From positions 3,168,001-3,232,000 of the forward strand of contig OZ245742.1 of NCBI GenBank assembly GCA_965227295.1: a DNA stretch of 64,000 nt, in the 5' to 3' direction. The translations under genes were made by a program, and so were the position numbers. Below are positions 38,649 to 48,091 of the stretch, in pieces (positions within the stretch are counted from its first letter, which is position 1; each line of letters starts with the position of its first letter). The notes below the pieces were generated by a model, which did no database searches, was not told the origin of the DNA, and was given only the letters and a program-made list of their open reading frames with translations. The stretch comes from Leptonemataceae bacterium. GTDB taxonomy: Bacteria > Spirochaetota > Leptospiria > Leptospirales > Leptonemataceae.

Positions 38649-41522
38649 ATGATCCAGAAGACCTTCAACCTCCTTTTCGGTACCAAACACGAGCGCGACA
38701 TCAAGAAGATCGTCCCGCTCGTAAACGAGATCAACGCCCTCGAACCGGAAATCCAGCAACTCTCCAACGAAGAACTGGGCGCCCAGACCGCGAAGTTCCG
38801 GGCCCTGCTCGCCGACGGCAATACCCTCGACGACATCCTGCCGGAAGCCTTCGCCACCGTTCGCGAGGCCGCCTGGCGAACGCTTGGTATGCGCCACTTC
38901 GACGTGCAGCTCATTGGCGGCATCGTCCTGCACAGCGGAAAGATCGCGGAGATGAAAACGGGGGAGGGCAAGACCCTCACGTCCACCTCGCCCATCTATC
39001 TCAACGCGCTCTCCGGCAAAGGCGTACACGTGGTCACCGTGAACGATTACCTGGCCCGCCGCGACGCCGCCTGGATGCAGCCCGTCTTCGATCTGCTCGG
39101 CCTCAGCGTCGGTGTGATTCAACACGATATGGATCACGAGGCGCGCCGCCGGGCCTATGCCTGCGACGTCACCTACGGCACGAACAACGAGTACGGCTTC
39201 GATTACCTGCGCGATAACATGGTCACCGAGAAGACCTTTCGGGTGCAGCGCGAACATCACTTCGGCATCGTCGACGAGGTGGACTCGATCCTCATCGACG
39301 AGGCGCGGACCCCGCTCATCATCTCCGGGCCCACCGAGGAGAACACCGAGAAGTACGGCATCATCGACAAACACATTCGCAAACTCATTGCCGCGGAAGA
39401 ACAGCGCATCAAAGAAGACGGCCCCGCCCCCGCCCCGGAAGTGGAGCCGGGCAAAGAAGAACCTCACGTCACCCACGGCTATTTTTACGACGTCGATGAG
39501 AAGTCGCGGAACGTCCTGTTGACCGAGGACGGCGTGCATCGCATGGAAGAGATCCTCGACATCGAGAACCTCTATTCGCCGGAAAACCAGGAACTGGTCG
39601 CCCACGTTTCGCAATCGCTTAAGGCGCACTTGATTTTCCAGAACGACGTGGACTATGTCGTCGAAGACGGCGACGTGGTGATCGTCGACGAACACACCGG
39701 TCGCAAGATGACCGGCCGCCGCTATTCCGACGGCCTGCACCAGGCCCTCGAAGCGAAAGAACACGTTACCGTTAAAAAAGAAACGCAAACGCTCGCGAGC
39801 ATTACGTTCCAGAATTTCTTCCGCATGTACGACAAACTCTCGGGCATGACCGGCACGGCCGACACCGAGGCCACGGAATTCCGCAAGATCTACGAACTCG
39901 ACGTCGTCGTCATTCCCACGAACGTGCCCATCGCGCGCATCGACTATCCGGATCGCGTCTATCGCACGCAGCAGGAAAAGTTCAACGCCATCATCGAAGA
40001 GATCGAAGAGGGGCGCGAGCGCGGCCAACCGTGCCTGGTGGGCACGATCTCCGTCGACGCGTCGGAGTACCTCTCCGGCCTGTTAAAAAAACACGGCATT
40101 GCGCACAACGTACTCAACGCCAAACACCACGAACGCGAGGCCGAGATCGTGCGGGACGCCGGTAAACCCGGTCAGGTGACGGTGGCCACGAACATGGCCG
40201 GTCGCGGCACCGACATCGTCTTAGGTGGATATCCGCTGTACTTAGACGATCTGGAAAAACTGGAGGTCGAAGGCCCCACGGATACCGTCGTCGAGAAGTT
40301 CCGCGAGCTTATGCTGAAAAAGCAGTTCGACGCCGCGGCGAACATCGTCGACGAAATCCCCGGCACCCAGGACAAACAGTTCTGCAAAGAAATCTACGAT
40401 CGTTCGCAGATCTGGCTCGAATCGCACAACAAAGTCAAAGCGGCGGGCGGCCTGCACATCCTGGCCACCGAGCGCCACGAGTCCCGGCGCATCGACAACC
40501 AGTTGCGCGGTCGCGCCGGACGTCAGGGCGACCCGGGTTCCTCGCGTTTTTATCTTTCGCTGGAAGATCACCTCATGCGTATCTTCGGCGGTGAGCGCAT
40601 TAAGAACCTCATGGCCCGCCTGGGTATGGAAGAGGGCCAGGAACTCGAAGCCGGCATGGTGGACCGCGCCATCGCTCGCGCGCAAAAGCGGGTGGAATCG
40701 CACAACTTCGACATTCGCAAGCACCTCCTCGAGTACGACGAGGTCATGAACCGCCAGCGCGAGTACGTTTACGAAGAACGTAACATTGTCCTCGATAACG
40801 TCGATCTGCGCAAACACCTCCTCACCTGGGCCGATGAAGTCATCGAAGAACAGATCCTGAACTTTTGCGAAACCAACGATCCCACCCGCTGGGACCTGGA
40901 CGGCCTGAACGAATGGCTGCGCCTCGGCCTCACCATCGACGTCCCGCTGGATGCAGCCGAGTTCGAAGGCGATCGCAATCCGCAACTGGCGCTGTTCAAC
41001 AAAGTTCGCGACGCGGCCCACTCGGCGTACGCGCAGAAAGTCGAAGAAGTCGGCGAGGAACCGTTCAGCTACGTGGAACGTCGTCTGGCCCTGGACGTCA
41101 TCGACGCGCGCTGGAAGGAACACCTGTACTCCATGGACCAACTGCGCGAAGGTGTGTGGGCTTCGGCCTACGCGGAACGCCAGCCGCTGGTACAGTTCAA
41201 GCTCGACGGCTTTCGAATGTTCGACGAGATGGTGGCGTCCATTAAAGACCAGGTAACTTCCAATCTCTTTCGCGTGCGCGTCGAGGGCACTTTCGTCCCC
41301 GAGGAACAAACCGAACCGCGGCGTCGCAACCAGGGCACGGCCATGCACGCATCGGTGGACGGTTTCGCCGGCGCGGCCCAGTCCAACAACGGCGGCCGCG
41401 CGGCCGGCGGCCAGGCCTTCGCCGGCGCGCCGAACGCCGGTAACAGCGGCGCGGCCCCGGGAACTACGGTTTCCTCCGGCGGAGCGACGAAGCGCCGCAA
41501 GTCTCGCAAGAAGCGCCGCTAA
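38649..41522 (+). CDS. secA: Preprotein translocase subunit SecA
   Basis: [72 protein letters not shown]. Confidence 0.98.
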   Translation: MIQKTFNLLFGTKHERDIKKIVPLVNEINALEPEIQQLSNEELGAQTAKFRALLADGNTLDDILPEAFATVREAAWRTLGMRHFDVQLIGGIVLHSGKIAEMKTGEGKTLTSTSPIYLNALSGKGVHVVTVNDYLARRDAAWMQPVFDLLGLSVGVIQHDMDHEARRRAYACDVTYGTNNEYGFDYLRDNMVTEKTFRVQREHHFGIVDEVDSILIDEARTPLIISGPTEENTEKYGIIDKHIRKLIAAEEQRIKEDGPAPAPEVEPGKEEPHVTHGYFYDVDEKSRNVLLTEDGVHRMEEILDIENLYSPENQELVAHVSQSLKAHLIFQNDVDYVVEDGDVVIVDEHTGRKMTGRRYSDGLHQALEAKEHVTVKKETQTLASITFQNFFRMYDKLSGMTGTADTEATEFRKIYELDVVVIPTNVPIARIDYPDRVYRTQQEKFNAIIEEIEEGRERGQPCLVGTISVDASEYLSGLLKKHGIAHNVLNAKHHEREAEIVRDAGKPGQVTVATNMAGRGTDIVLGGYPLYLDDLEKLEVEGPTDTVVEKFRELMLKKQFDAAANIVDEIPGTQDKQFCKEIYDRSQIWLESHNKVKAAGGLHILATERHESRRIDNQLRGRAGRQGDPGSSRFYLSLEDHLMRIFGGERIKNLMARLGMEEGQELEAGMVDRAIARAQKRVESHNFDIRKHLLEYDEVMNRQREYVYEERNIVLDNVDLRKHLLTWADEVIEEQILNFCETNDPTRWDLDGLNEWLRLGLTIDVPLDAAEFEGDRNPQLALFNKVRDAAHSAYAQKVEEVGEEPFSYVERRLALDVIDARWKEHLYSMDQLREGVWASAYAERQPLVQFKLDGFRMFDEMVASIKDQVTSNLFRVRVEGTFVPEEQTEPRRRNQGTAMHASVDGFAGAAQSNNGGRAAGGQAFAGAPNAGNSGAAPGTTVSSGGATKRRKSRKKRR

Positions 41523-41542
41523 AGTACGGAGAGGCGTAGTTA

Positions 41543-42481
41543 GTGAAAGAACGTCCGCCGGAACTCGGAGCGCTGCTGCGTTCTGTGATCGAAACCTCCG
41601 TGCGGTTGTTCCCGCACATCTGCGTGATCGGCACCCTCCAGAGTCTCGTGGTGGTGGCGCTATTGTACGGCGCGCTGCATATCACGTTCCATTACGTTTC
41701 TGCGGCTGCCGCCGATTATGCGGCCAATGGCGATATCGTCAGTACCGGAGACATGAGCGGCATCCTGGAAAACCTGGGCAATCTATTCCTGCTGCTCCTG
41801 GCCGTGTGGGTAGCCCTGACCGTGCTGCGTGCCGTGTTCAAGTTGCTCGCAGCCGTTTTCGTGGAAAGCGGGCCCGGCGGATGCCTGCGCACATCCGGCG
41901 ATGCCGTGCAGCGTTTCTTCACGGTGGCGCCGTTGTTCGTGGTGCTGTTTTTGTTTACCCGGCCGCTGACGTTTGTCGGCTACTTCGTCGCCGGGCTGCC
42001 GGGTTTGTTGATGTTGAGTGTCTTCAGTTTGCTCGCCCCCCTTACGGTCTACGGTGGCTGGAGCTTCCGGCGCATCCTGGCGCCCCTGGACCGCGTTGAT
42101 TCGGAGCGGGGTGTGAAACTCTTTGCGGTCTACGTGCTGGCGGGCACGATTTACCTGGCCCTGCCGGCCGCGGTGCTCTTCGTCTGTTACCTGGGCGGAC
42201 TGTTCGGCGGTGTCGAGGCGGCCGTGGAGCAACTCTCGCCGGCGACGGAGCCCGAGTCCCTGTACGAGGCCGCATACTCGACGCCGGCATTGATCCTCGT
42301 GTGCTCGACGGTGATCGCGTTCAGCCTGGGCGACCTGGTATCGACGGTGGCCGTGAGCGCCACGATGCTCGCCTATCGCCGCGCGGACGAGGCCGGCGGC
42401 GTTGCCGCGGCGGATCGAACACTAACCACTGATGAAGCAAACTTAACGGAGCAACCGCGGGAGCGCGGTCCGTATGATTGA
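41543..42481 (+). CDS. Hypothetical polytopic membrane protein
   Basis: 312 aa with about 6 hydrophobic segments; follows secA. Confidence 0.7.
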   Translation: MKERPPELGALLRSVIETSVRLFPHICVIGTLQSLVVVALLYGALHITFHYVSAAAADYAANGDIVSTGDMSGILENLGNLFLLLLAVWVALTVLRAVFKLLAAVFVESGPGGCLRTSGDAVQRFFTVAPLFVVLFLFTRPLTFVGYFVAGLPGLLMLSVFSLLAPLTVYGGWSFRRILAPLDRVDSERGVKLFAVYVLAGTIYLALPAAVLFVCYLGGLFGGVEAAVEQLSPATEPESLYEAAYSTPALILVCSTVIAFSLGDLVSTVAVSATMLAYRRADEAGGVAAADRTLTTDEANLTEQPRERGPYD

Positions 42482-42958
42482 TCAGTTCGTCGGCGGTTCG
42501 GGCTTCCGCTCCGGCTCCGGCTGCTCCAGCTTCTCTGCTTTCCCCGGCGGATACTCTTCGTACTCTTCTTCCTGAGCCACGAACGGCCGTTCGTCGCGTT
42601 CGAATGGATAAAACCAGCGCGCCACGTAGGAGCCCACGAAGATCAGCGGCGTGGCCACGAGCTTCGGAATCGCCACCGTGCGCGAGAGCATGACGTTGTG
42701 TTCGGTAAAATCCAGATAAACGTAATCTACGGCGTCCCGGCCGGCGGGCACAACGGCTTCCACCGTGCGAATGCCCTGATCCGCCGTGGCAACCACGGGC
42801 AGGGCCACCGCATGCAGCGGCCAGGTAACCAGACACTCGGTCACGCTTTCCGGAAAGAACGCTTCGACGTACGCCTCGCTGATGTAGGGATCGGCAAGAA
42901 AGCCGCAACGACTGCCGAGGGCGGCGACGAGGGTTACGAGCAGGATTCGAACACGCAT
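42482..42958 (-). CDS. Hydrophobic putative lipoprotein, paralog 3
   Basis: Signal peptide then Cys (GSRC); PES..P..D..TPLIFVG shared with neighbours. Confidence 0.7.
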   Translation of the reverse strand: MRVRILLVTLVAALGSRCGFLADPYISEAYVEAFFPESVTECLVTWPLHAVALPVVATADQGIRTVEAVVPAGRDAVDYVYLDFTEHNVMLSRTVAIPKLVATPLIFVGSYVARWFYPFERDERPFVAQEEEYEEYPPGKAEKLEQPEPERKPEPPTN

Positions 42959-43480
42959 CTATTGCGGCTCCTTGAGTTCGGTCGGTTCGACGATTTCGCC
43001 GTCTTCGGGTTCTTCCGCCGATTCCGCGTTGGGCGGGCCGATCAAGCGCCCGTCCTCGTCGCGCTGCCATTGCCGACCCCACTCGGGCCAGGCCCAGGCG
43101 GCGTCTTCCGTCGGCTCCACGGCGAAAGTCGTTCGCAAGATCCAGGAGCCCGCAAAGACCAGGGGTGTGAGCGCGGTCTGAAACGGTAGAATTCCCAGGT
43201 TCGAATAGTAACCGTCGAAGTCCGCTGTAAAAAAATCGGCGGCGTTTTCGTAGGCCGAGGGCAAATGCACGGCGGGCGCCACGATAAAGTTGTCCACGGC
43301 GAGGGTCCCGATGCACAGCGGGATCAACAGCGGGGTGGCCACCCATTGCAGGACGGGGTCGTCCGGTGTCAGATTGCGGTCGGTGTAATTTGTCACCGCC
43401 ATGTGGTTTAGATCCGTGGAGGCGCAGTGCAGGGAGGCGCCGAGCAACGCAAGGATCGTAAAACGGTAGATGGTTTTCAT
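42959..43480 (-). CDS. Hydrophobic putative lipoprotein, paralog 2
   Basis: SLHC lipobox; PDD..P..D..TPLVFAG. Confidence 0.75.
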   Translation of the reverse strand: MKTIYRFTILALLGASLHCASTDLNHMAVTNYTDRNLTPDDPVLQWVATPLLIPLCIGTLAVDNFIVAPAVHLPSAYENAADFFTADFDGYYSNLGILPFQTALTPLVFAGSWILRTTFAVEPTEDAAWAWPEWGRQWQRDEDGRLIGPPNAESAEEPEDGEIVEPTELKEPQ

Positions 43481-43502
43481 GTGATGTTAGTGTGTGTAGC
43501 CT

Positions 43503-43889
43503 TTACCAGATCGGCAGCGTGATGTGCGCTACCATCGCTCCGACGAAAAGAACCGGGAAAGTGATGATGCGCATGGGAAAGACCAGTACCTCGCCGACAC
43601 CGGCAAAGGGCACCTCGGTGAAGACGAATTCGGCGAGTTCGAAGGACGGCTCAATGGCCCGCACCGGGTTAATGAGGGCGCCGTCGATCAGGAGTGTTGT
43701 GAGGCCGACGGGCATGGCCACCGGTGCCAGAGCCACCCGGGCCGCGGGAGACTCCGGTGCGGCGTGTTCGTCCAGGGCGCCGGTAAGTACACGATTTTCC
43801 TGCTGTAGTACCGCGCAGGCGGACGCCGGTAGCGCGCAGAAAACAACGAGCACAAAGAGCCGAAGGATTAACATCACTTGATTGAGCAT
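43503..43889 (-). CDS. Hydrophobic putative lipoprotein, paralog 1
   Basis: ASAC lipobox; PES..P..D..FPVLFVG; ATG overlaps the upstream TAA (TAATG). Confidence 0.7.
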   Translation of the reverse strand: MLNQVMLILRLFVLVVFCALPASACAVLQQENRVLTGALDEHAAPESPAARVALAPVAMPVGLTTLLIDGALINPVRAIEPSFELAEFVFTEVPFAGVGEVLVFPMRIITFPVLFVGAMVAHITLPIW

Positions 43890-44206
43890 TAGTTGGAGCA
43901 CTCCTCGGAAACGAGCAGCGGGCAGACGAGCAATGAACCGGCGGCGGGCAGCAGACACGAGCGCGCCGCGGAGTCGTTGCCGGAATTCAGTGTGGTGCAG
44001 GCCACGGTATACTCCAGCAGGGCGATGCCGCACAGTGCGGCCTGATCCCGTTCGCTCCGGCACTGGTTCACCGAGCCGCCGGCGGTGCAGGCGAGGCCCA
44101 GGGCCAGGGCCCAGGCAACGAACAGCGGGCCGGAGCGCAGCACCGCCGAAACAGTTGCCCGCAGGCATTGTCGCGTAGTTTTTCTCGTTGGATGCGTGGG
44201 CTGCAT
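43889..44206 (-). CDS. Small Cys-rich putative lipoprotein
   Basis: LALGLAC lipobox followed by six more Cys in about 65 aa; start uncertain. Confidence 0.55.
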   Translation of the reverse strand: MQPTHPTRKTTRQCLRATVSAVLRSGPLFVAWALALGLACTAGGSVNQCRSERDQAALCGIALLEYTVACTTLNSGNDSAARSCLLPAAGSLLVCPLLVSEECSN

Positions 44207-44307
44207 GGATTTTTTCGTCGAGGAATACGGCGAAGCACGGAACATGGCCCTGCGCGGCGCCCGCATATTTCATGGGCGGCTGCCGTCTGCGTGTCTATAA
44301 AAATCCC

Positions 44308-44592
44308 ATGCTTTTTTTGCGCTCCAGCGGTTACGCCGAATACGGAATGGTCTTCTGGGAATTGGAAGGCGAGAGCATCGATTTCACCGAGGGGGAATTC
44401 GAAGATCTCGTTAGCCATCTGCGCAGCGGGCGGTTGTTCGAGTTTCTGCGTCATCGTCGACCCGCGCTGCGGGATTTCCTGCTCGAACGCTTCGCCGACA
44501 GCATGCGTGAGGGCGATCTCGAAGAAAGCGACCTCGAGGACGTACTGGAGAGCCGGATTTTGGACCTGGAACGGCGCATTCGTCATGCCTAA
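44308..44592 (+). CDS. Small acidic hypothetical protein
   Basis: 94 aa ORF overlapping the TetR start. Confidence 0.5.
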   Translation: MLFLRSSGYAEYGMVFWELEGESIDFTEGEFEDLVSHLRSGRLFEFLRHRRPALRDFLLERFADSMREGDLEESDLEDVLESRILDLERRIRHA

Positions 44593-45112
44593 TACGTCGA
44601 GTCCTGCTAAAACGCTCTGGTTCGAAGAAGGTCTCGCGGTCCTGGGGGAATCCGGATCGCAGCATCTGACGATCGACGTACTCTGCCGTCGCCTCAAGCT
44701 CACGAAGGGCGCATTCTATCATCACTTCGGGAGTCGGGAGATTTACAGCCGGGAGTTGCTGGAGTTCTGGGAGGAGCGTTATACCAGGGCTTTCATTGCC
44801 GAGAGCGCGCGCGGCCGTGACGCCGACCAGAAGCTGCGCCGCCTGGGTAACCTGCTGACCCGCGGCTCCTTCCGGCATGAGATCGCCATTCGCGCCTGGG
44901 CCCTGACGGACGCGGCCGTTCGCGACGCTCAGGAACGCATCGATGCCGCACGTTTCGAGTACGTGCGTTCTCTGTACGTCGAAAAGATCGGCGATCGTCG
45001 GGAGGCCGCCCTGCGCGCCCGCATCTTGTTGTGCGCCTTTGTCGGCGCCCAGCAGATCATCCCGCCCATCACCGGCCGGCAATTGCAAAGGATCTTTCGC
45101 GAGCTCGCCTGA
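44585..45112 (+). CDS. TetR-family transcriptional regulator
   Basis: LTIDVLCRRLKLTKGAFYHHF HTH; EIAIRAWA. Confidence 0.92.
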   Translation: MPNTSSPAKTLWFEEGLAVLGESGSQHLTIDVLCRRLKLTKGAFYHHFGSREIYSRELLEFWEERYTRAFIAESARGRDADQKLRRLGNLLTRGSFRHEIAIRAWALTDAAVRDAQERIDAARFEYVRSLYVEKIGDRREAALRARILLCAFVGAQQIIPPITGRQLQRIFRELA

Positions 45113-45199
45113 GCAAGAAGCGGAGTACCGCGCCGCATCCTCCGTGCTTTTCTGAAAGCAGCCGGCTCATCCCAGTGCCGGCAGGAGGTAAAATCAAAA

Positions 45200-45964
45200 G
45201 TGAGTACGTTACAAAACAAGGTGGCCATCGTAACCGGGGCGAGCTCCGGCATCGGTCGGGCGACGGCGAAGCTGTTCGCGCGTGAGAAAGCGAGCGTGCT
45301 GGTTGCAGCAAGATCAAACGCAGCCCTGGAGGAACTGGTGCGGGAGATTGCGGAAGACGGCGGCGAAGCGGTTGCCGTCAGCGGAGACGTCCGCGATGAA
45401 TCGTTGCAGCAGGAACTCGTGAGACTTGCCCGGGAGCGCTTCGGCGGCCTGGACATTGCATTCAACAACGCCGGGGCGCTGGGGGAACTGGCCGGTGCCG
45501 TGGACCTGTCTCTCGCCGGCTGGCAGGCGACAATCGATACGAATCTCACGGCATCGTTCCTGGCCGCGAAGTACCAGTTGCCGGCCATGGTCGAACGGGG
45601 CGGGGGCTCGATGATCTTTACATCGACGTTCGTCGGCCATACCGCCGGGCTCCCGGGCATGGCGGCGTATGCGGCGAGCAAGGCCGGGCTGCTGGGGCTG
45701 ACCCGGGTCCTGGCGGCGGAGTACGGTCGCCAGGGAGTGCGCGTCAATGCGCTCGTGCCCGGCGGCGTCGATACGCCCATGGGGCAGTCCGTCGCGAATA
45801 CGCCGGAAGTCCTGGCGTACGTCAGTAATCTGCATGCCCTGGGTCGCATCGCCACGGCCGGGGAAATCGCGCAAACGGCGTTGTACCTGGCCTCGGATGC
45901 CTCCAGTTTCACCACCGGCTCCGCTCTGATGGCGGACGGGGGTGCTTCGATTTATCGGGCCTGA
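45200..45964 (+). CDS. Short-chain dehydrogenase/reductase
   Basis: TGASSGIG, FNNAG, YAASK; GGAGG SD with GTG start. Confidence 0.93.
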   Translation: MSTLQNKVAIVTGASSGIGRATAKLFAREKASVLVAARSNAALEELVREIAEDGGEAVAVSGDVRDESLQQELVRLARERFGGLDIAFNNAGALGELAGAVDLSLAGWQATIDTNLTASFLAAKYQLPAMVERGGGSMIFTSTFVGHTAGLPGMAAYAASKAGLLGLTRVLAAEYGRQGVRVNALVPGGVDTPMGQSVANTPEVLAYVSNLHALGRIATAGEIAQTALYLASDASSFTTGSALMADGGASIYRA

Positions 45965-45970
45965 GCCTGG

Positions 45971-46006
45971 AAATTCGCCGGACTGTCCGCAGGGCGGCGA
46001 ATTTTT
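45971..46006 (+). terminator. Intrinsic terminator after the SDR gene
   Basis: AAATTCGCCG..CGGCGAATTT stem followed by a T-rich tract. Confidence 0.6.
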
Positions 46007-46007
46007 G

Positions 46008-46041
46008 TTGCCAGAGAACATACCATAAGGTATGGTATGTT
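46008..46041 (+). promoter_or_regulatory. Sigma70 promoter overlapped by a perfect 11-3-11 inverted-repeat operator
   Basis: TTGCCA, 17 bp, TATGGT; AACATACCATA-AGG-TATGGTATGTT at 46017-46041. Confidence 0.75.
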
Positions 46042-46055
46042 ATTCAGGAGGCTGT

Positions 46056-46700
46056 ATGAGCAATCACAACGTATTTTTGGAAATGCTGCGCGCCGTTGCG
46101 GGGCTGGAAATCCGCAACGTGCACGAACGACGGATTCCCGGCGCGGATCGCGGCCGGGCCGCCGCTTTGATCGACGGCCTGGCCGGGCCGGAGGATCGCT
46201 TCTGGCCGGGGAATCGCGGCTGGCCGCCCATGCGTTTCGCCCGCCGCGCCGGCGGTTTGCGGGAGGGGCTCCGCGGCGGGCACGGGCCGATCGGTTACGT
46301 CATTGACGAATACGTTCCCGGGCGGCGCATCGTGTTTCGTTTTACGCGGCCGGCCGGTTTTGCCGGCGTCCACTTTCTGGAGGTCGTAGATGACGCAGAA
46401 GCGATTGTGCTGCGCCACGAAATCGTGATGCACGTGCACGGGCTCGCGAAGCTCTCGTGGCCCCTGGCGTTTCGCCGGCTGCACGACGCGCTGCTTGAAG
46501 ACGCCTTAGATAACGCGGAGCGCGAGTTAAGCGGTATGGTTGCGAATCCGGCGGCGTGGTCGTGGCAGGTCAAACTGCTGCGAACGTTTTTCACGCCGGC
46601 CGGGGAGAATCAAGACGCAGGTACGGTAAGGCGTCCGGGCCGAAGCGAACAATCTCAACAAAACGACCTTCCGCAACTCAGAAGAGCCGTGCCCAAATGA
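46056..46700 (+). CDS. SRPBCC-like protein
   Basis: IRNVHERRI..LIDGLA..D.FWP..WPPM..GGHGPIGY..LHDALLED; GGAGG SD. Confidence 0.75.
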   Translation: MSNHNVFLEMLRAVAGLEIRNVHERRIPGADRGRAAALIDGLAGPEDRFWPGNRGWPPMRFARRAGGLREGLRGGHGPIGYVIDEYVPGRRIVFRFTRPAGFAGVHFLEVVDDAEAIVLRHEIVMHVHGLAKLSWPLAFRRLHDALLEDALDNAERELSGMVANPAAWSWQVKLLRTFFTPAGENQDAGTVRRPGRSEQSQQNDLPQLRRAVPK

Positions 46701-46739
46701 TATCGATCTACACCGCCACTAACTTAATATTCGGGGCGG

Positions 46740-47378
46740 CTAATTTTCACGTTTGTGGATAACCCGCAGATAAAGCACGAGCGCCACGAAGTCGTAGAGG
46801 GCATGCAGTAAAATCGGCGCGAGCAGGTTGTCCGTGTACTCGAGGACGAAGCCCATGTAGGACCCCATGAGTCCGGCGACAACGGCGTAGGTGGGGGTGA
46901 TCCAGTGGGCCAGGCCGAAGATGACGTTCGAAGCGACGATGCCGGCTACAACGTCGCCGCCGAAAACGTAGGCGCACACCGGCTGGAGCAGGCCCCGAAA
47001 GAGGATCTCCTCGCCGAAGCCGGCCATGAGCGAGATTAACAGCAGCTCAAAGATTGTTAGTTCGCGAAAGAGCGGCAGGATCACGCTGTCCAGGCGCCGG
47101 CGGATGCTGCGAAACGGCCCCACGGGCAACGTGGTGATGATGCCGAAGAAGGCGAGCAGGGGCAGCGTGAACAGGAGCGCCAGGCCCAGGTCCCCGCCGA
47201 GTTCCACGGGGTCCAGTTGCACCCGGGCCAGCGCCGGAAAGCCGCTCAGCCAGCCGATGAATACGGCGGCGAGGCCGAGGCCGCCCTCAAACCACACGGC
47301 GATGTCCACAATGCGGCGTTGTTCTCGCGGGTCCGGGGAATCCGGGGATGGTGGTTCTTCGGAGAAAGGATCGTTCAA
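46740..47378 (-). CDS. CPBP (CAAX/Abi) intramembrane metalloprotease
   Basis: GEEILFRG, FGLAH, HALYD. Confidence 0.9.
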   Translation of the reverse strand: MNDPFSEEPPSPDSPDPREQRRIVDIAVWFEGGLGLAAVFIGWLSGFPALARVQLDPVELGGDLGLALLFTLPLLAFFGIITTLPVGPFRSIRRRLDSVILPLFRELTIFELLLISLMAGFGEEILFRGLLQPVCAYVFGGDVVAGIVASNVIFGLAHWITPTYAVVAGLMGSYMGFVLEYTDNLLAPILLHALYDFVALVLYLRVIHKREN

Positions 47379-47401
47379 GGGTAAGTTGATTTTCCTGAAT
47401 G

Positions 47402-48043
47402 TTAGTTCAGGGTGGGGTTCTGATCCGTTTCGGCGAAGACACGGTAGATGCCGCCCTTTTCTTTCAGGGCGTCTTTCCAGCCCTGTTCCGGGTCCGCGTG
47501 AAAGACGATCTTCGGTGTAGCCGGGTGGATGACCCAGGAACCCATTTGCATTTCTTTTTCCAGCTGGCCGGGCGCCCAGCCGCTGTAACCCAGAAACAAA
47601 TGGATGCTCGGATGATCGTCGGCGGGGATTTGCGCCCAGCTCTCTTCGTCGAAAAGATACTCCACGTTCTGAAACGACGGCTCAAAGACCACGCCCTTCA
47701 CCGGACGCATGATGCTCTCGCTGCTGTCGTGGCTCTCGGGCATTTCCGAATGCAGCACGAAGAGATACTCCTGCTGCACCGGGCCGCCGACGTAAATGGG
47801 CGTGCTCTGACCGCGCGGGGTGTTGTACTTCGGCATGATGTCGCCCAGCGTAAGTTTCGAGCGACGGTTCACCACGAGACCGAAGGCGCCTTCTTTGTTG
47901 TGCTCCAGCATGAGGACGACCGTCTGAAAGAAGTTCGGATCCGGCATGTTGGATTCGGAGATTAAGAAATACCCCCGCAACGAAGAGGGAAACTCTTCGT
48001 CGCCGTGATTCGAGGGACGATGAAAGGGATTGCCCGCGGACAT
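47402..48043 (-). CDS. YqgE/AlgH family protein
   Basis: DPNFFQTVV..EH..GAFGLVVN, GGPV, LGYSGWAPGQLEKE. Confidence 0.93.
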   Translation of the reverse strand: MSAGNPFHRPSNHGDEEFPSSLRGYFLISESNMPDPNFFQTVVLMLEHNKEGAFGLVVNRRSKLTLGDIMPKYNTPRGQSTPIYVGGPVQQEYLFVLHSEMPESHDSSESIMRPVKGVVFEPSFQNVEYLFDEESWAQIPADDHPSIHLFLGYSGWAPGQLEKEMQMGSWVIHPATPKIVFHADPEQGWKDALKEKGGIYRVFAETDQNPTLN

Positions 48044-48091
48044 GGTGACACGGCAGTCTGGCGGATTTAAGAGCGAGTAGCAAGCATGATT

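Noticed and set aside
38616..40028. Long antisense ORFs (also 40242-41348, 61411-62709, 27641-28450 and others)
   Set aside because: Shadow frames of real GC-rich genes; no recognisable motifs
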